Assembly: GCA_000934665.2 (NCBI GenBank)
Contig: KZ538005.1
Location: 62,169 to 126,000 of the forward strand
Length of the DNA stretch: 63,832 nucleotides
Reading direction: 5' to 3'
DNA from: Catajapyx aquilonaris
Taxonomy: Eukaryota
The stretch's first letter is position 1. Each line of letters opens with the position of its first letter. The position numbers and the translations under genes are program-made. This document shows positions 1 to 11,199 of this stretch, one piece after another. The notes under the pieces are model-generated. The model did no database searches. It was not told the DNA's origin and saw nothing but the letters and a program-made list of their open reading frames with translations.

Positions 1-39
1 CCCCCCCCCCCCCGAACTGGAACCCTGGCTACGTCACTG
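1..39. mobile_element. Probable right end of a hAT-like MITE truncated by the window edge
   Basis: Poly-C run followed by CTGGCTACGTCACTG (25-39). Its reverse complement CAGTGACGTAGCCAG resembles common CAGTGGCGTAGCC-type TIRs. The partner TIR and TSD are outside the window. Confidence 0.4.
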
Positions 40-3000
40 GGTTCGGAGCAACCAATTTATTAAACCAGCCCGAAACAAAGCCGTCTCACGACTCTCTATA
101 TAAAGTCAAACCCCTCCCCACCATACAGGTCCAAACCCAGACGCCACTGCTCTCTAGTGAGATTTCTATGAATTACCCTTCCTATCCCGCTTCCCTGAAA
201 TGAAATTCTTGCTAGTTTTACACCATGCCATCCTTTCCGCTTTTCTCCTCCATACGGTGTCAGCAGATTTTGCCTATACCACCACTCAAAAAAAGAGGGA
301 CCGCAGCTTTCACATCTTCCGAATCTCATCACGCCATATTAGCCCCGAGTCTAACAACAGCAGGAAGGGAAAAAAAGGCCACCTTTTTTCTCATCCCGCT
401 GATCACGAACAATCCATCTCATAAAAACAGAGCCAAAGAGACGCATATATATAAAGAAGATGCAGGAACGCAATTGAGGGTTTGGAGACATTGTGCGGAT
501 GGTGAGCAGGAATTGCTCCGTGAAGATGGAAGGACCGGGTCGAGTTTGCCTTCCGTCTTCAACTGGCTGCCAAACCAGGTTAGGACCCAACGAACCAATC
601 CTCCTTTTCCAACTGGGACTCTCAGATCCGTGTTCGGGGACAGGACTATGGCACCACTACCACCCAGCAGCCTCTCTGGAAAAAAAACGAGTGTGACGTC
701 ATGTATAACATGGATGGGGAGGACTTACAAGGATTGGGTTCGGGTGCAACAAATCGAATCAATGGAGGACCACCTGAGCGGAGTTCTAATCGGTTTGGGT
801 TGGTTGGTAAGAAGGAAGCAAATGGTTGCATCATTCCCCAGCAGAGCAACGAGTTCTGCGGATGACGGGTCTCATACACTATGTCCTAAAAATATGGGGA
901 GTGTACCTTCGTCATGTCATACCACCATCGCGCTCTGGGAGTTGTTAGACCATCCTAAGTTAAGTCATATTTTCCTTTGAAGCAACGTCTCAAACACTTC
1001 CTGCGAGAATCCCCTGCAGACCTATTCCCGCCCCGGACTGACATTTTCCAAATAATTTCAGCGTATACCCTGCAGCTCACTTTGTTATTCCCAATGCTGC
1101 AGCTTGCAAGGAGACTCTTCTCTCTCACTTACTGCTCGGGCCCGAATTTTCCGTCATGAATAAATCACAACCGCCGGAAACGGCACGAATTGGGTGCTCT
1201 CAGGGAGAGTAGACACACATCGTGCCTTATACGGCCCATGTATATCCATACCAGTTGGTGTATATATATGTATAGGCATATGCATTGCCTCCCCCACCCG
1301 AAGCTGAGAACGCTCTTGTTGGGCCCAGAGCGAGGAATAATCGGTCACTATCGATTGGAAAGGGGGGAGAGATCTATTGGCATCTGCGAAAGGGACCGAT
1401 GCTTGCACTTATTGTACCTCTTCTGAGCCCGCAGAGTGCGCGAATCTATCATGACTATTCATGGCTCCGGCTTGCATGTCGGCGTACCAAGGGGCGTCGG
1501 ATTCAAAAGACATGGCCATTCAAGCTGCTGCCTGGTAACTTGAACCCACATCGATTTCCTCTTAATTATTTACAATTTTCCCACACAACTCAAGCCGGCT
1601 GGGGTAAATACCATGTAACAAAACATGCGACGGAAAAGTAAAACGCAAGTGCGCCTAGCTCAAGATCAGTAACACCTAGCAAAGCTTCGTAATAACTGTC
1701 ACCTCCAGTCACACTCAGTTCTTGGGAAGTTACATTACACTTTGGGTAGAGAGAAAGCGCAGGAGGAATGTGGACTTGACAGGAAATTATTAAAAATAAA
1801 CATCAAGTTTCGTCTATGAGTTTTAAAACAATCTCCGGAATATTGTTAAAACTAGTTTGTATGGCGAGGGACGGTATATAATAAGCTGCTTACTTCTAAA
1901 GTGCCCATCAGGAAGTATTCCTCCAATCTCCTACAGTTTTCCTGCCAGTTCTAGTCCAGTTCCCAAAGGATTTAATATGACAGCATTTTTGAAGAGCCCG
2001 AACTCTGGGGAACGAGGTACTCGAAAAATGTGTTATTTTTTCCCTTTTGGCAAAATGTACATCGAAACACTTCATGTTTCTCACAAGCATACACGAGGGA
2101 TTAGATCAAGTAGGCTTTTGCTATGTGAAATGAGTTTTAAGAGCTCTCGACTATATCCAGGTTATCTAACGGCCAAAGAAACATGCATCTTTCAAATGTT
2201 CAGTACTACTTGTCTTATGGTACTTTCGGAAAAGTAAGTTATAATGCTGATAGTGCTGAGATACTAGTTATAATACTGTGTCCTTAGCTTTCTGAATACC
2301 TGACAGTTTCATCCTAACTTTTCAGGGCAACCACACCGGCCGTTATGTTTTAAGGGTTGCGTGAATGCCAGGATAAACCACCCGGCAGCGTTCGGCAAGT
2401 TTGAGTGGGAAGCCAAAGCAACTAAGGCAACTACGGGAAGTATCGCAGCATTGAAGGTAAATGGAGTAGTATCAATAATTAACAGCATCCAAACCTTTCC
2501 TATTCTAATATGGATTTGAATGTTTATATAAATTTAATTGAGAATGGGAAGGGATCATCCCCGGGAAATTATTCTTAAATCAGCTTCTTCGTAAATGTGT
2601 ATCATAGAATGATGGAAGAGGAAGATGCCTCTGTACTGCATGTGAAATATGCCATGTTCATGACCCTCCTTTCCGCCACTTAATCGAAAGGCTGCTACTG
2701 ATGGTTTATTTGCCAATTATAACTTTCGATAAGGCAAACATCGTTTTGATTTTAACAAATTGCTCACAAAGTCCCAAAAGGCAATGATGCTGGTTCATCC
2801 CCCAACAGATAATATAGTGCATGCTTTTGATTCAACAAAATCCGTATTTAAAAAAATTAAGCAGGCTAACAGACAAAACTATACGAAAGGGCGGGCTTAT
2901 TTCAGTTTGAAAATTTAAACGTAGAACAGAGTTAGGTGTGGCTGTGGTCCCCTGTGGTTCTTTGGCAATGTCCCGTATTTATCGAAGCAAAAGGTGCAGA

Positions 3001-6000
3001 AGGGTGTTGGAAAGGCATGCGGCAGGTTCGGCAGTGAGTTTTCCAGCCAAGTAGCAGGCGCCAGAGATCAATATCCCGATTAAGACAACACGGAATGGCC
3101 AGGGGAACATTAGAAAATCAATGGAGCACTTGTAATTGTCAAGAAAGCGGAGTGAGGATTGGAAAGACATCTTTCTTTGGGGCCGAAATGAAGCGTGGTT
3201 CCCGCTGGAGGGGAGGAGGAGGAGGGGGAGAAGGAGAAGGAGGAGGACACAAAGGAGACTTGATTCGCGATGGAGAGCCACTGCAGGAGAAAAAAGGAAG
3301 AAGAAGACATGACGAACGGGTTCCAAGTTTTCTATGGGGTCCGAAAAATGGGTCGCCATCAATTAGGGGATCTCTTGCTTCCAATAACCACTCACATCGC
3401 CATTTTTGCCCTGGCAAAAAAAAGAGAGAAAGAGGGGGGGAAGGGACACCCTACATGTACCAGCCAGGGCAAGAAAATAACAGACTGGCCAAAACTTCCA
3501 GTTAGGGCCTTACCAACAATAACGGTTATTATACTGTAGCATGAAACAAATTAGCCTATACTAAATAATTATTTTCTCATAGAGTAAAACCAGTTGTTTG
3601 ATGTCGAGCATTGACGAGTCTATTGTTATTTGATAAAACCTGACTTTGCTCCTTCTGATATGGATCAACAGTGTGTGGCATTTATGGCTGGGTGACAGGC
3701 AAGTTTGTAGCCAGTACCTTTCTGTTCGTCTTCCATAGTACACCAAAAAATTTTCCTCCAGCACTTCTTCCTGATGGAAGGTTCACATCCTAACAAGCCT
3801 GTTAAACTTTATAGTCTTCGCGTTACCAAACGCTAGTGTAGTAAAATCTGGCGAAGGAAGCCGCTTGTGTGTACAGCTCCCTTGTGAAAGGTGAAAGGAA
3901 CGGGGGGGAGGATAGGTCCAAAAAAGATGAGGGGCCAAAATGGGGGCAAAGACTGAAATGGGATTTGTACCCCCCTTCTGCCCCCACTCCCCTATTCAAC
4001 CCCAAGCGTCTAGCGATAGCAATAGAGCCCCCCCCCCTTCTTCCATTTTTTCTTTCTCTCATCCTGATGAGAAAAGAAAATGACTTTTGCTTTGCTTAGG
4101 CCGCTCTTTAAAATGCTCGGCAGACTATGAAATTACAGGGTACGCCCAGAAGTAAGGCGAATCGACTGTTTGAATTCTTGCACTGCCCTCATGTATTGCT
4201 CTCTCCAGACTCACATACCCCAGGTGAACGCTCTCCGGATGAATAATTTAGTTGGGGTCCAGCCCTGCTGCCAGATGGCAGCACGTATCTATTGTAGGGA
4301 CGTGAGAGGGCAGGAGATGGCAGTAGTAATTGCCCCCATGGGCAATTTTGCTCCAGAATGACTGGTTACATGGCAATGTTGGAAAATGATCTTACTTTCT
4401 GCAAACATGGGTAACCTTTGTAAAGTCATGCTTTCACCAACTTATACTCGTCAAGAAATTTGACCCCTCCTGTAACCAGAACCAGTCCTCATTAGTGAAT
4501 TCTCCTCAGTGACCCCCCCCCCCCCAATAATTCCGCATCTGATCGATCAGTGATCAATTTGCGCCCAGTTTTCGCGCAATATTAGGAGCGCAAGCCCGTG
4601 AGAGCACATTAAGAGCAGCCTGCGTGTTGCAGTAGTAGTTAAGCTGGGTTCAAAAGGAAGTAGCAGAGGGGAACAACCGGGCCCATTACGGAACTAGAAC
4701 CGCGGCAAACATTTGCAAATTTTCTCGGCTACCGGCACAGAGAGAGAGAGGAAAAAAGTTGGCGATGGCGCTGTTGTTCCTTTCAGGATTTAATTACCTG
4801 GAAACGAGCTGGTTGCTGGTTTATTCAATTATTAGCCTCCTCTCTAAAACGCCGACTTTCTATTACGGACTCTAATTATACCTGCGATATCGTATTAATG
4901 TGAAGGTCTTTTACCAATGGAGGCTGAGAAAGTTTTGGGAGGTAAATGCTAGAGGAGGAAGAGGTTAGAAAGTATTGTCCGATCTGGGGGCTGTGCTATG
5001 GGAATATATTGGAAAGCGATTTATCGGGGATGAGGAAGGAAAGCTCGGAAAATGCGCTGTAACATCCATGACAACGGAGTAATAGCATCATCCGTCAGGT
5101 GTTACACTAGAGAGGTTTTTTTGAGAGCATGATATTTAAAGTTTACTTCGCAAATGGGTATTAATAAAGCGTGCCAAAACTTGTTAGGCAAACGGATTTG
5201 TTTTTTGCATACAGGGTGCACCATAAGTTGAGCTCCTTTTGGCGTAATATATTTTCAAATAATTTGGTCAGCCCTGCCAGTGATAGGCCCTCTTCCTCCA
5301 TTACCTGCCTTAAAATTATGTGGTATCCCTTACATTTCCGCCATTCCATTGTGCCCCCATTCATTCGGACACCCCATTGTCGAGGGAAACACAATGGCAA
5401 ATGATGCAAAACCCACCGCATTCTCTCACAGATGACTACAGGTCAGAGTCAGAGGTGAATGAGCAAGTAATGACACCCACTACTTGAACAGAAATAAAGG
5501 ATCTGGGATGGGAATACCCCTGGAAGCCACCCATGTAAGGGGGGGTCCTGGCCTGGCTACCAGGCTGCCTGCCTGCATGGAATTTGTCACGAATGCACTT
5601 TGGATCCCCCTGGGCGCACACCGGGATCTCGATAAATCAAGCCAGGCCCGTGCAATAATCTGGCCAGGAAAAAAGTTAGTCGCGGGTATGAACAGCCAGC
5701 GCCAGGCTGTAAAGGGACGCCGACCCATTGTTGTATGGAGGGGGGGCACCCCTTCCAAACAGGGAAATAAGGCTAATGATGAAGGGGTGGGGGGTAGAGC
5801 TGGCACGCTCCTATGGCACTTTCCATCTGAGCAGGTCACGCCGATCCTTTCAAAGAATCGGAAATTATGGCAGTCAGGTGAATTATGTTTGTGCCATAAT
5901 GCATACGGTGGGTCATTTATTATGGGGCACTCTGAAGCCATGTGTTGAAACGTGCTGTATCAAGTGTGGCCATGTTGCTCCAGTATAACAGCTGACACCA

Positions 6001-7770
6001 TCATGTGCTGTAGTCCATTTTTGGTGTGAAGCTACGATATGGGGGATATTGAGGCCATTTGTGCAACGGAATTGTCACACAAGAATGAGCGTGGGAAGTT
6101 TTGTCAACACGGAATATATGTTTCAGATATAATGAGCAAAAACACGAGAGTTGAGTCTGAATCAGTATATATAGGCAGAATAATGTTACGGCGGTATGAG
6201 AGAATCGAAAAGAGTAGCCTATATTATTGCGATATGTATTCAATTTTTTTAAAGATGCCTATACATTGTCGGCATACAAGTGAAATCCACCGTCAAAAAA
6301 ACCGTTTTGAAATAATCCAAATATTTGACCTTACACTTTCTTAAAGTCCTTTAAATCAAAGAACGAGCTTACGTCACGTTCAGTCTCGCCTGCAACCGGC
6401 TCTTCCCTCCTAATATGTCCCCTAATCGCTCTGCAAGCATGGTATAGCATGCTCACTGTCAGAAAACACGACTAATGTGACGTCAGATCGTTCTCTCAAT
6501 TAAAGGATTGTACATTCTAGCGGAAGACAAAAAATCCTGGCTTGCTGGCTCATTACTATACGGACTTCACCAGGAGACAGAATATAATAATGCTACTTTG
6601 CTCACACCTGCCAAACTTTAATTGGGCGGATTTCACTAGTCTTTTAGTCCGACGATATATTTTGAAGGTTCAAGGAAAAGGAGGTCGAATTGGGGGGGAG
6701 GGGGGACGATATCATGCTCCAGTTAAATTATAATTGTGTCACGAATTACCAGGACGCGTCGTCCAAAACTATTGTTTTCCCCTACAGTATGCTACTCTTG
6801 ATTATGCACCCTGCTACATGACCTACTTGGTAATGGCAGTTTGATTAAGTTTAATAAATGTAATTATGTTTAGCTGGATTAATTTAATCAGTGTTGAAGG
6901 AATAAGATGTAGAATTATGAGAGTAGAATTTTTCTGATTTTGAGATATGAGTTTAAATTGACAGTTAATAAGAATATTTTGTAACATGTCTATCAGCAGT
7001 ATAATTTGACCATCGGAATCTTGGCTGGGATGTGACTGATCATTTTGAATTTCAGGTTTTCATCTCTATTTTTTCTTTGAGCAATCAATTTATTGAGGTC
7101 TAATAATATGAACATTTTAAAGATTCTTTATGAGCGACGGTATTTTGATCCGTATTTCGGTCGCACATCTTGGATTTAATAATGGAGCAGCTTCAGTATC
7201 AATTCCACGCATTATTTTCTCACACAAATACTGATCCATCATTGCAATATGAGACCTTTTTCTCAAGATTACCACATGCTAAAATATCGCATCTTGCATA
7301 CAATTTAACCATCTTTCACGTGAAATTTGTACTCATGTTACATCATTCTCATCAAGTTAGTATTCAGGCCATCGTTATTAGTTATTTAATTACATCACAC
7401 TCGTATGGGGTCTTCTTACGTGGAAAGGTATGTAGATATCTGAAATCTCCTAGCGACGCCAGGGCATTCCTATGATGAGATTTTATCAACATACGGACAC
7501 CGTCGCGTCGCATTCCGTGTTGTTTTGCTAGACATTCCGGTACTATATTTTCGTTCGGTGGTAGTCTTTGCATGGGACTGCCAGGATCCGAGGATATGAA
7601 GATATGAAAGGTATACCATCACGACTCGCCATTACGTCGGAATTCGGCATTTTGTCTTGTTTGGCTTGTTTACGTCTACCTTGTTTTCTGTAGACGCCCA
7701 AATATTCTTCTCAGTGTCCTTCTTACCATACTTGCGGACACAAGCCCCGAGTGAAAAGTGCCTTCGAACC

Positions 7771-7950
7771 ATGGAGTGTGCTGATCTTAGTACCCAGCTG
7801 AAAATCAAGCTCATTGCTGAGCTGATCCGGAACAGCCTTGGTTCCCTCCGCCATGAGTTCAACGACCGTCATCGAATCTCCAAGATGCGCAACATGATCT
7901 CTCCTCAGAATCGTCAGGTTGACCCCGAAACGCAAGAGGGCATCCGCAAG
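7771..7950 (+). CDS. Orphan gene A exon 1 (60 codons, MECADLSTQLKIKLIAEL...ETQEGIRK)
   Basis: ATG in ACCATGG context at 7771. Open frame to donor AAG|GTCAGT at 7950/7951, phase 0. TCAGT Inr-like motif at 7711. Confidence 0.7.
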
Positions 7951-8269
7951 GTCAGTTGATAACTTCCTGTGTCGTCCCTGTGTCATTAACCCGCCTTTTC
8001 CTGACGACTAATGCTCTTTCTACTAGCTCGAGTTACAAAGGGGTATTCAGCATTGTACAGCATGTAGGTCAAGAAACTTGACTTCCCTGTTGTCAGGTGC
8101 AGATGCCAATACCCTTTGTTCCAGGGACTTGGAGACAATGCTCTTTTTTGCATACTAGACATGTCTGCATCATTGTCATCTCTATTTACGATACTCGGTC
8201 GTGTGAACCTGTTTGTCCCATATTTTCTTGCGTTTTTAAATAAAAAAATTATATAATTTTGTTTTTCAG

Positions 8270-8599
8270 ATTGTGGAAGAATTTGATAGCATCTTAAAGA
8301 GGGGACTGGACTCTCTCAGTAAGCTGGTGGCACTCCTGCGGTCCCTGCGTGACCAAGAGAGATTCACCTATGAATTCCGATGCATGGTCATCCTGGGGGT
8401 CGTTCGCTACCAGGAAATTTTTGGCGAGGATGAAGCGTCCGGGGTTCAAAGTCAGGACCTGACTTGGCGTCTAATTGGTTCCTTCGTAGACGCCACCTTG
8501 CGTACCGATGCTGAAGACATCACCCCGGATATGATCTTCTGGGACCATGACGACAATCCGATGGACTTCGATTTCGACTCCGATGATCAGTCCCTCTAA
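8270..8599 (+). CDS. Orphan gene A exon 2 (IVEEFDSILKRG...DFDFDSDDQSL*); spliced product 169 aa with acidic C-terminal tail
   Basis: Polypyrimidine acceptor TTTTGTTTTTCAG|ATT at 8269/8270, in frame with exon 1. Stop TAA ends at 8599. AATAAA at 8676-8681. Confidence 0.72.
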   Translation: MVEEFDSILKRGLDSLSKLVALLRSLRDQERFTYEFRCMVILGVVRYQEIFGEDEASGVQSQDLTWRLIGSFVDATLRTDAEDITPDMIFWDHDDNPMDFDFDSDDQSL

Positions 8600-8675
8600 A
8601 TCAGATCATCAGCCAACAACAATTTGCACGAGTGTTTTTTTGCTTTACATGCACCTTTTGCCTTTGTGAAACAAG

Positions 8676-8681
8676 AATAAA
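8676..8681 (+). promoter_or_regulatory. Polyadenylation signal of orphan gene A
   Basis: AATAAA 76 nt after the stop codon. Confidence 0.5.
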
Positions 8682-8833
8682 CTGGTAAAAAAATTGGGGT
8701 TGCTTGCACCGGAATTGGATTGTGCACATATTTTTACCGGCGCCGAAGAAACTGTGTCGCGATTCCACGTAATGCACGAGTTCGTTGCACCCACTGAATA
8801 CCATTGTGAGGGTGATACTTGATAAACTTCTAC

Positions 8834-8840
8834 TATATAA
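8834..8840 (+). promoter_or_regulatory. TATA box of orphan gene B
   Basis: CTATATAAGG about 95 nt upstream of ATG 8932 and downstream of the gene A poly(A) signal. Confidence 0.5.
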
Positions 8841-8931
8841 GGAGGCGATGAGACCTACTCTACAGGCAGACAGCAACAGCGATTCATCCTAATCGAACCT
8901 CTCCCCGAGCTTCACTTCCAGAAGAATCAAG

Positions 8932-9105
8932 ATGGGATGTGTCACTGGGATGGGCAAGTACCGGTTGATTTTGATGACGAAAACATTCAGCAGCTGCATC
9001 GAACAACTTCTGAAGATCATGAACATGAGAGCCACCATGCAGCTTCAAGTGGATGACGCCGCCAGGACTGGAATAACTCCCCACAAGTTAGGTTGTATCC
9101 AGCTG
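8932..9105 (+). CDS. Orphan gene B exon 1 (58 codons, MGCVTGMGKYRLIL...HKLGCIQL)
   Basis: ATG in AAGATGG context. Donor CTG|GTACGT at 9105/9106, phase 0. Confidence 0.7.
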
Positions 9106-9162
9106 GTACGTATATCCGTGGACATCCTGGACATTAGTGGAGTCTAATGAAGGTCATTTCAG

Positions 9163-9426
9163 CTGCGTGAAACCATCGAAGAGACAGAGGACGACGTGTC
9201 TTTCGACCTTCGTCATCAGGCAGCCATCGTGCGTGAGCTAGCCGAGCAACGTCGGCTGGACCACGCCTTCAAGAGGGTCCTCAGCTTCTATGTCATGCAC
9301 CGTAGCCTGCAGCTGACTGGCTACACCATAGAGGAGTATTTGATTATTCGACTGATCGACGTCATGAGGGATATCAAAATGCATTCCTTCAAATTGGAGC
9401 CGTTCTTTGCAGCCCTGCGAGGTTGA
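9163..9426 (+). CDS. Orphan gene B exon 2 (LRETIEETEDDVSFDLRHQ...FFAALRG*); spliced product 145 aa
   Basis: 57-nt intron 9106-9162 with CTAAT branch-like motif (9144-9148), in-frame stops and acceptor CATTTCAG|CTG. Frame continues into track ORF 9196-9426. AATAAA at 9470-9475. Confidence 0.72.
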   Translation: MRETIEETEDDVSFDLRHQAAIVRELAEQRRLDHAFKRVLSFYVMHRSLQLTGYTIEEYLIIRLIDVMRDIKMHSFKLEPFFAALRG

Positions 9427-9469
9427 GAAGTTGAAGAAAAGTTGTGCGATGCTTGTATGCAGGAATGTG

Positions 9470-9475
9470 AATAAA
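9470..9475 (+). promoter_or_regulatory. Polyadenylation signal of orphan gene B
   Basis: AATAAA 43 nt after the TGA stop. Confidence 0.5.
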
Positions 9476-10787
9476 ATTTCAGACAATCGCCCACAAATTG
9501 ACCTTATTATTTTCCATTACGTCGTTTTCAGGTCAACAATACAAATAACAGCGTCGAGTATTCTGATTTTAGGACCGGAACATCTGCGATGCTTGCCCCA
9601 GTTTCATTACCACTGTTAAAATTGCCTGGCATTTAATAACGTCATGGCCTCTACATCAGGCACGCGTTAATTCCACTATACCTTCGCATTGTCGGACACT
9701 CAAAAATGCAGCGTTGACAAAATAAATTCCACCACTACAAGACCTGGCAGTACCATACTCGTGTTATCAGCACGACCTTGTACAATACCTGAAAAATATG
9801 TGGTCGTCACACTGTGTACTGAAAATAAGCTGGAACCTGTCAAATTATTAAATTGATTGTCACGCATATAGCGTCAATCAGTCCTTTATATTCTGAGCGG
9901 GCAACAATGCCCCCCCAATTATCAAGCGAGTTTTTCGCGAACTATTCCCAACTGGAACATGCATGACGCTCTGAAGTGAAACAATAAATTGGGACAATGC
10001 GTTTGGAGGCATCTTTTTTCATCGCGACTAATAGCACCGGAGGCGTTAATTTGGGTTGCGAGAGGGATAAATGAGAGGCTTGAATGCGGCTGTCATGGCT
10101 GGTTCCACAGGAATATCATAACTACTAGTTCAACTAGAGCAAATGCCGACTCCGAACTAATTCGAATATCATTGTGCTAAAAAAATAGCTTAATCCGGTC
10201 AGCACAGCTTCACCGAGGAGAGACGCTATTGACCGGAAGTGATGCAATTTCACAGTCCTTTCAAATGCGTGTCATTGGTATTGGCATTTATGACGTTACA
10301 TGCGTACGGGACATAAATTACCATGCTAATTATCCAGGAATAGGACCCACCAAATCGATATTTTGGGGGGTGGTGGAGAAAAAGTTTTGTACTGAATAGA
10401 AGGGGGAGTATAAATAATATGCGTATTTTTAATCAAGTGAAAGAGTCGAGTGGTCAGTATGTGATATTATACACTATCATACGAGCGCGGTTTTGCCGCA
10501 ACATGACACATGTCAGCTCTTATACCACATATGGCTACCAAATGGCAATATCACACTTATTTTTCATATTCCAGCTATAAACTTCATTATCGATTCAATT
10601 CTGCTAACTGGGCATGTAGATCATACATAATGCGATTTTCTACAATATTTTTTATCCTCTCTTACAATATTATTCTGTCATACATATTGCATACCTAGAA
10701 GTGATATCATTTTAAATAGCTAAAATGTGATCACTCAGTTTGAGTGAAAATATTTCATTTCAGTGCAGTGGTTGAATGATTTTCACT

Positions 10788-11199
10788 AAAACGAGTGGGA
10801 GTCAACTCATGTGGAAGAAAGAGTGAAAATCACTCGGAAATATTATAGTGCAGTGGTTTCCAACCGGTGCGGTGGGTCGCGGGAGGTCGCGAGCCTTGGT
10901 TTAACTTTTTTTCCCCTCATTTTGTGTCAATTGAATAATTTTTGCGGCCGTACAGAGTGTATGTTTTCTGGAAAATTGGCAGTTGTAGTGGGGGCTGGGG
11001 AGGGGAGGAAAGGGGGGGGGGGTCGCACATTTATGGAAACATGTTTAGGGGGTCGCAGTTGGTAAAAGGTTGGAAACCACTGTTATAGTGATACCGATAT
11101 CCCGGTGATATCAATATATCAAAATATTTCGAGTGTTTTTTCGCTCGATTTGAGTGATTTTCACTCTTTCTTCCACTTGATATGACTCCCATTCGTTTT
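10788..11199. mobile_element. Older fold-back/MITE-like element with ~48-bp inverted arms, hosting a hAT MITE
   Basis: 10788-10835 (AAAACGAGTGGGAGTCAACTCATGTGGAAGAAAGAGTGAAAATCACTC) is a near-perfect reverse complement of 11152-11199. Confidence 0.7.
10851..11082. mobile_element. hAT-superfamily MITE (232 bp)
   Basis: Perfect 15-bp TIR CAGTGGTTTCCAACC / GGTTGGAAACCACTG. Perfect 8-bp TSD TTATAGTG (10843-10850 and 11083-11090). Internal GGTCGC subterminal repeats. Confidence 0.92.

Noticed and set aside
225..980. Longest ORF in the track (251 aa)
   Set aside because: No recognisable domain, no supporting splice or promoter structure, and several overlapping ORFs on both strands; treated as chance.
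6900..7380. AT-rich minus-strand stretch with faint resemblance to a decayed transposase zinc-finger start (HVKDG*IVCKM)
   Set aside because: Multiple stops and too little similarity to support by eye; needs TBLASTX against transposase libraries.
7810..8345. Loose resemblance of orphan A to Bcl-2/Bax BH3-BH1 spacing (LGSLRHEF; RGLDSLSKLVALL)
   Set aside because: Lacks the BH3 G-D, the BH1 NWGR and the BH2 Trp-Gly motifs, and paralog B does not show the pattern. Only structure prediction could rescue it.
9200..9222. Minus-strand CTGATGA..GAAA hammerhead-like core
   Set aside because: Stem II closing pair is non-canonical, no stems I/III were found, and it lies inside a coding exon.
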